Shown piece after piece: positions 23,486-24,820 of a stretch of DNA of 24,820 nucleotides. The stretch's first letter is position 1. Every line of letters starts with the position of its first letter. The notes under the pieces were generated by a model. The model searched no databases and had not been told where the DNA came from. It was given only the letters and a program-made list of their open reading frames with translations. Origin of the DNA: a virus (lineage: Duplodnaviria > Heunggongvirae > Uroviricota > Caudoviricetes); IMG/VR virus record IMGVR_UViG_2711768053_000009; one strand, given 5' to 3'. Made by a program: the position numbers and the translations under genes.

Positions 23486-24095
23486 GAAAATACTTCCTGC
23501 TTATCCGTTTGTGCAGTACAGAGATGATCCGAATGTTGTTGCGTTCTTTGAAGCATACAATGAAATTGCTCAGGAATACCTCGATTCACTCAACAATCTG
23601 GCATTGCCATGCTGGACATCGGAATCAATAACCGGGCAATTGCTGGACTGGATTGCTCTCGGGATTTATGGCGTTGAAAGGCCTTTACTACAGGTTTCCG
23701 AGGAGGCTATTGCACGCGGCGCATACGATACCATTGAATACAATACGATCCCGTATGCAGCAATGCGAAATTACGTTCCGGGGCAGGCATCGTATGTTCC
23801 TGATGATTATTTTAAACGAATATTAACGTGGAATTTTTATAAGGCTGACGGTTCGCATTTCTGCATTGACTGGTTAAAGCGCCGTGTGGCGCGGTTTATT
23901 CATGGAAAAAACGGGATAGACCCGCCGTTACAACATACTTTTGATGTGAGTGTGACTGTATCGGACAGTGTTTTTTCTATTCAGATACCAGAGTATGGCG
24001 ATGGTATAGGCTATTTTCTGAAAGATGCCATTGACCAGAAATATGTAAAACTCCCTTTTATTTATACCTATGCAACAACGGTGATTCAAAAATGA
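23469..24095 (+). CDS. Tail protein, P2 gpI / Mu gp48-like (putative)
   Basis: ATG at 23469 overlapping the end of the J-like gene; about 208 aa; immediately precedes the tail fibre gene. Confidence 0.45.
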   Translation: MQYLTEKILPAYPFVQYRDDPNVVAFFEAYNEIAQEYLDSLNNLALPCWTSESITGQLLDWIALGIYGVERPLLQVSEEAIARGAYDTIEYNTIPYAAMRNYVPGQASYVPDDYFKRILTWNFYKADGSHFCIDWLKRRVARFIHGKNGIDPPLQHTFDVSVTVSDSVFSIQIPEYGDGIGYFLKDAIDQKYVKLPFIYTYATTVIQK

Positions 24096-24820
24096 TTCTT
24101 GGTTTCGGTAATAACGTTGTTTCAGCACTGGCTGGTGATATTACGACGATTCAGACTGATATTCCGGTGATGCCGGGCACGGGAGATAAATTTGCAAAAT
24201 TGCTTTCTGCCGATTTTGAAAATAAATCGAACGGGCAACGCGTCTATGCAAAAATTACGCTTACCGATAATAAAGAGTCTGCATTTGAGATTTGTCACCT
24301 GGTATCGGTAAGTGGTGATGTGCTGAAAGTCATTCGTGGGCAGGAAGGAACAACCGCGAAAGGTTGGTCCCTTAATGACGTTGTGGCTAACTTTGCCACG
24401 CGTGGATCGGAAAACTATTTTGTACAGATTGCGCAGCTTCAGAGCGGTCATTATATTGCGGGTGTTGCTGGTGGCACTGCAAACACACTGACGCTGGAAC
24501 TTCCCTCGACGTTTTTTGTTAATGAGGGTACAGATTGGACGCTACGAACCCCGATTATCGTTTTCCCCGTTCAGAACAATACCAACGCGGCGACACTTCA
24601 ACTAACACTAGGCGGAAAGGTTCTTGGTACGTTCCCACTTTATAAGGGGAACAAGTCCGAGCTGGTGGCGAATGATATCATTAAGGGTATTCCTTTGATT
24701 TGCCTTCTTGATAGCGAGAAAAGCTATTTCAGTGTGATAAACCCTGGAAATATCTATTCAGATTTTGATCTGCGATATGTAAAAAAATCTGGTGATTTGA
24801 TGACCGGGGAACTGAAAATC
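24092..24820 (+). CDS. Tail fibre protein, N-terminal part (gene continues beyond the window)
   Basis: ATGA overlap with the previous gene; open to the window end (243 codons). The segment DLRYVKKSGDLMTGEL resembles the conserved N-terminal region of enterobacterial phage side tail fibres. Confidence 0.65.
   Translation, partial: MILGFGNNVVSALAGDITTIQTDIPVMPGTGDKFAKLLSADFENKSNGQRVYAKITLTDNKESAFEICHLVSVSGDVLKVIRGQEGTTAKGWSLNDVVANFATRGSENYFVQIAQLQSGHYIAGVAGGTANTLTLELPSTFFVNEGTDWTLRTPIIVFPVQNNTNAATLQLTLGGKVLGTFPLYKGNKSELVANDIIKGIPLICLLDSEKSYFSVINPGNIYSDFDLRYVKKSGDLMTGELKI

Noticed and set aside
24122-24451. Minus-strand 109-aa ORF within the tail fibre gene
   Set aside because: Antisense to the tail fibre coding sequence, which carries a conserved N-terminal motif; shadow ORF.
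1-24820. tRNA genes, integrase, transposase/IS elements, CRISPR arrays
   Set aside because: No cloverleaf-like conserved tRNA motifs, recombinase motifs or terminal inverted repeats of IS type were recognised by eye. A tRNA scan was not possible and would be needed to exclude tRNAs fully.

Overview
This window reads as one contiguous late-gene block of a tailed temperate phage or prophage with enterobacterial-like composition, almost entirely on the + strand. No database search was possible, so every functional call rests on motif-level reading of the translations and on gene order. In order: the 3' end of a probable holin, an M15-family endolysin and a small lipoprotein; a ParB-like nuclease-domain gene translationally coupled to a GT-A (GT2-like) glycosyltransferase gene; a small HTH protein, terminase small and large subunits, portal, head morphogenesis protein, scaffold with Ala/Glu/Lys repeats, and a capsid gene followed by a strong intrinsic terminator; head-tail joining genes; a contractile-tail module (sheath, tube, chaperone with a -1 frameshift site, tape measure with a lytic transglycosylase domain); a Mu/P2-like baseplate (hub, spike, gp25/W-like, J-like, I-like) and the 5' part of a tail fibre gene. 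The most unusual content is two cargo insertions inside the baseplate operon: (i) two paralogous small membrane-peptide genes, and (ii) an AT-rich minus-strand island carrying a secreted-protein gene whose signal peptide is cut off from the mature part by an in-frame TAA, next to a KilAC antirepressor-domain remnant and a perfect 22-bp palindrome. The ParB-like/glycosyltransferase pair upstream of the terminase is the other candidate for an undescribed module. No rRNA, tRNA, CRISPR array or transposase was recognised.
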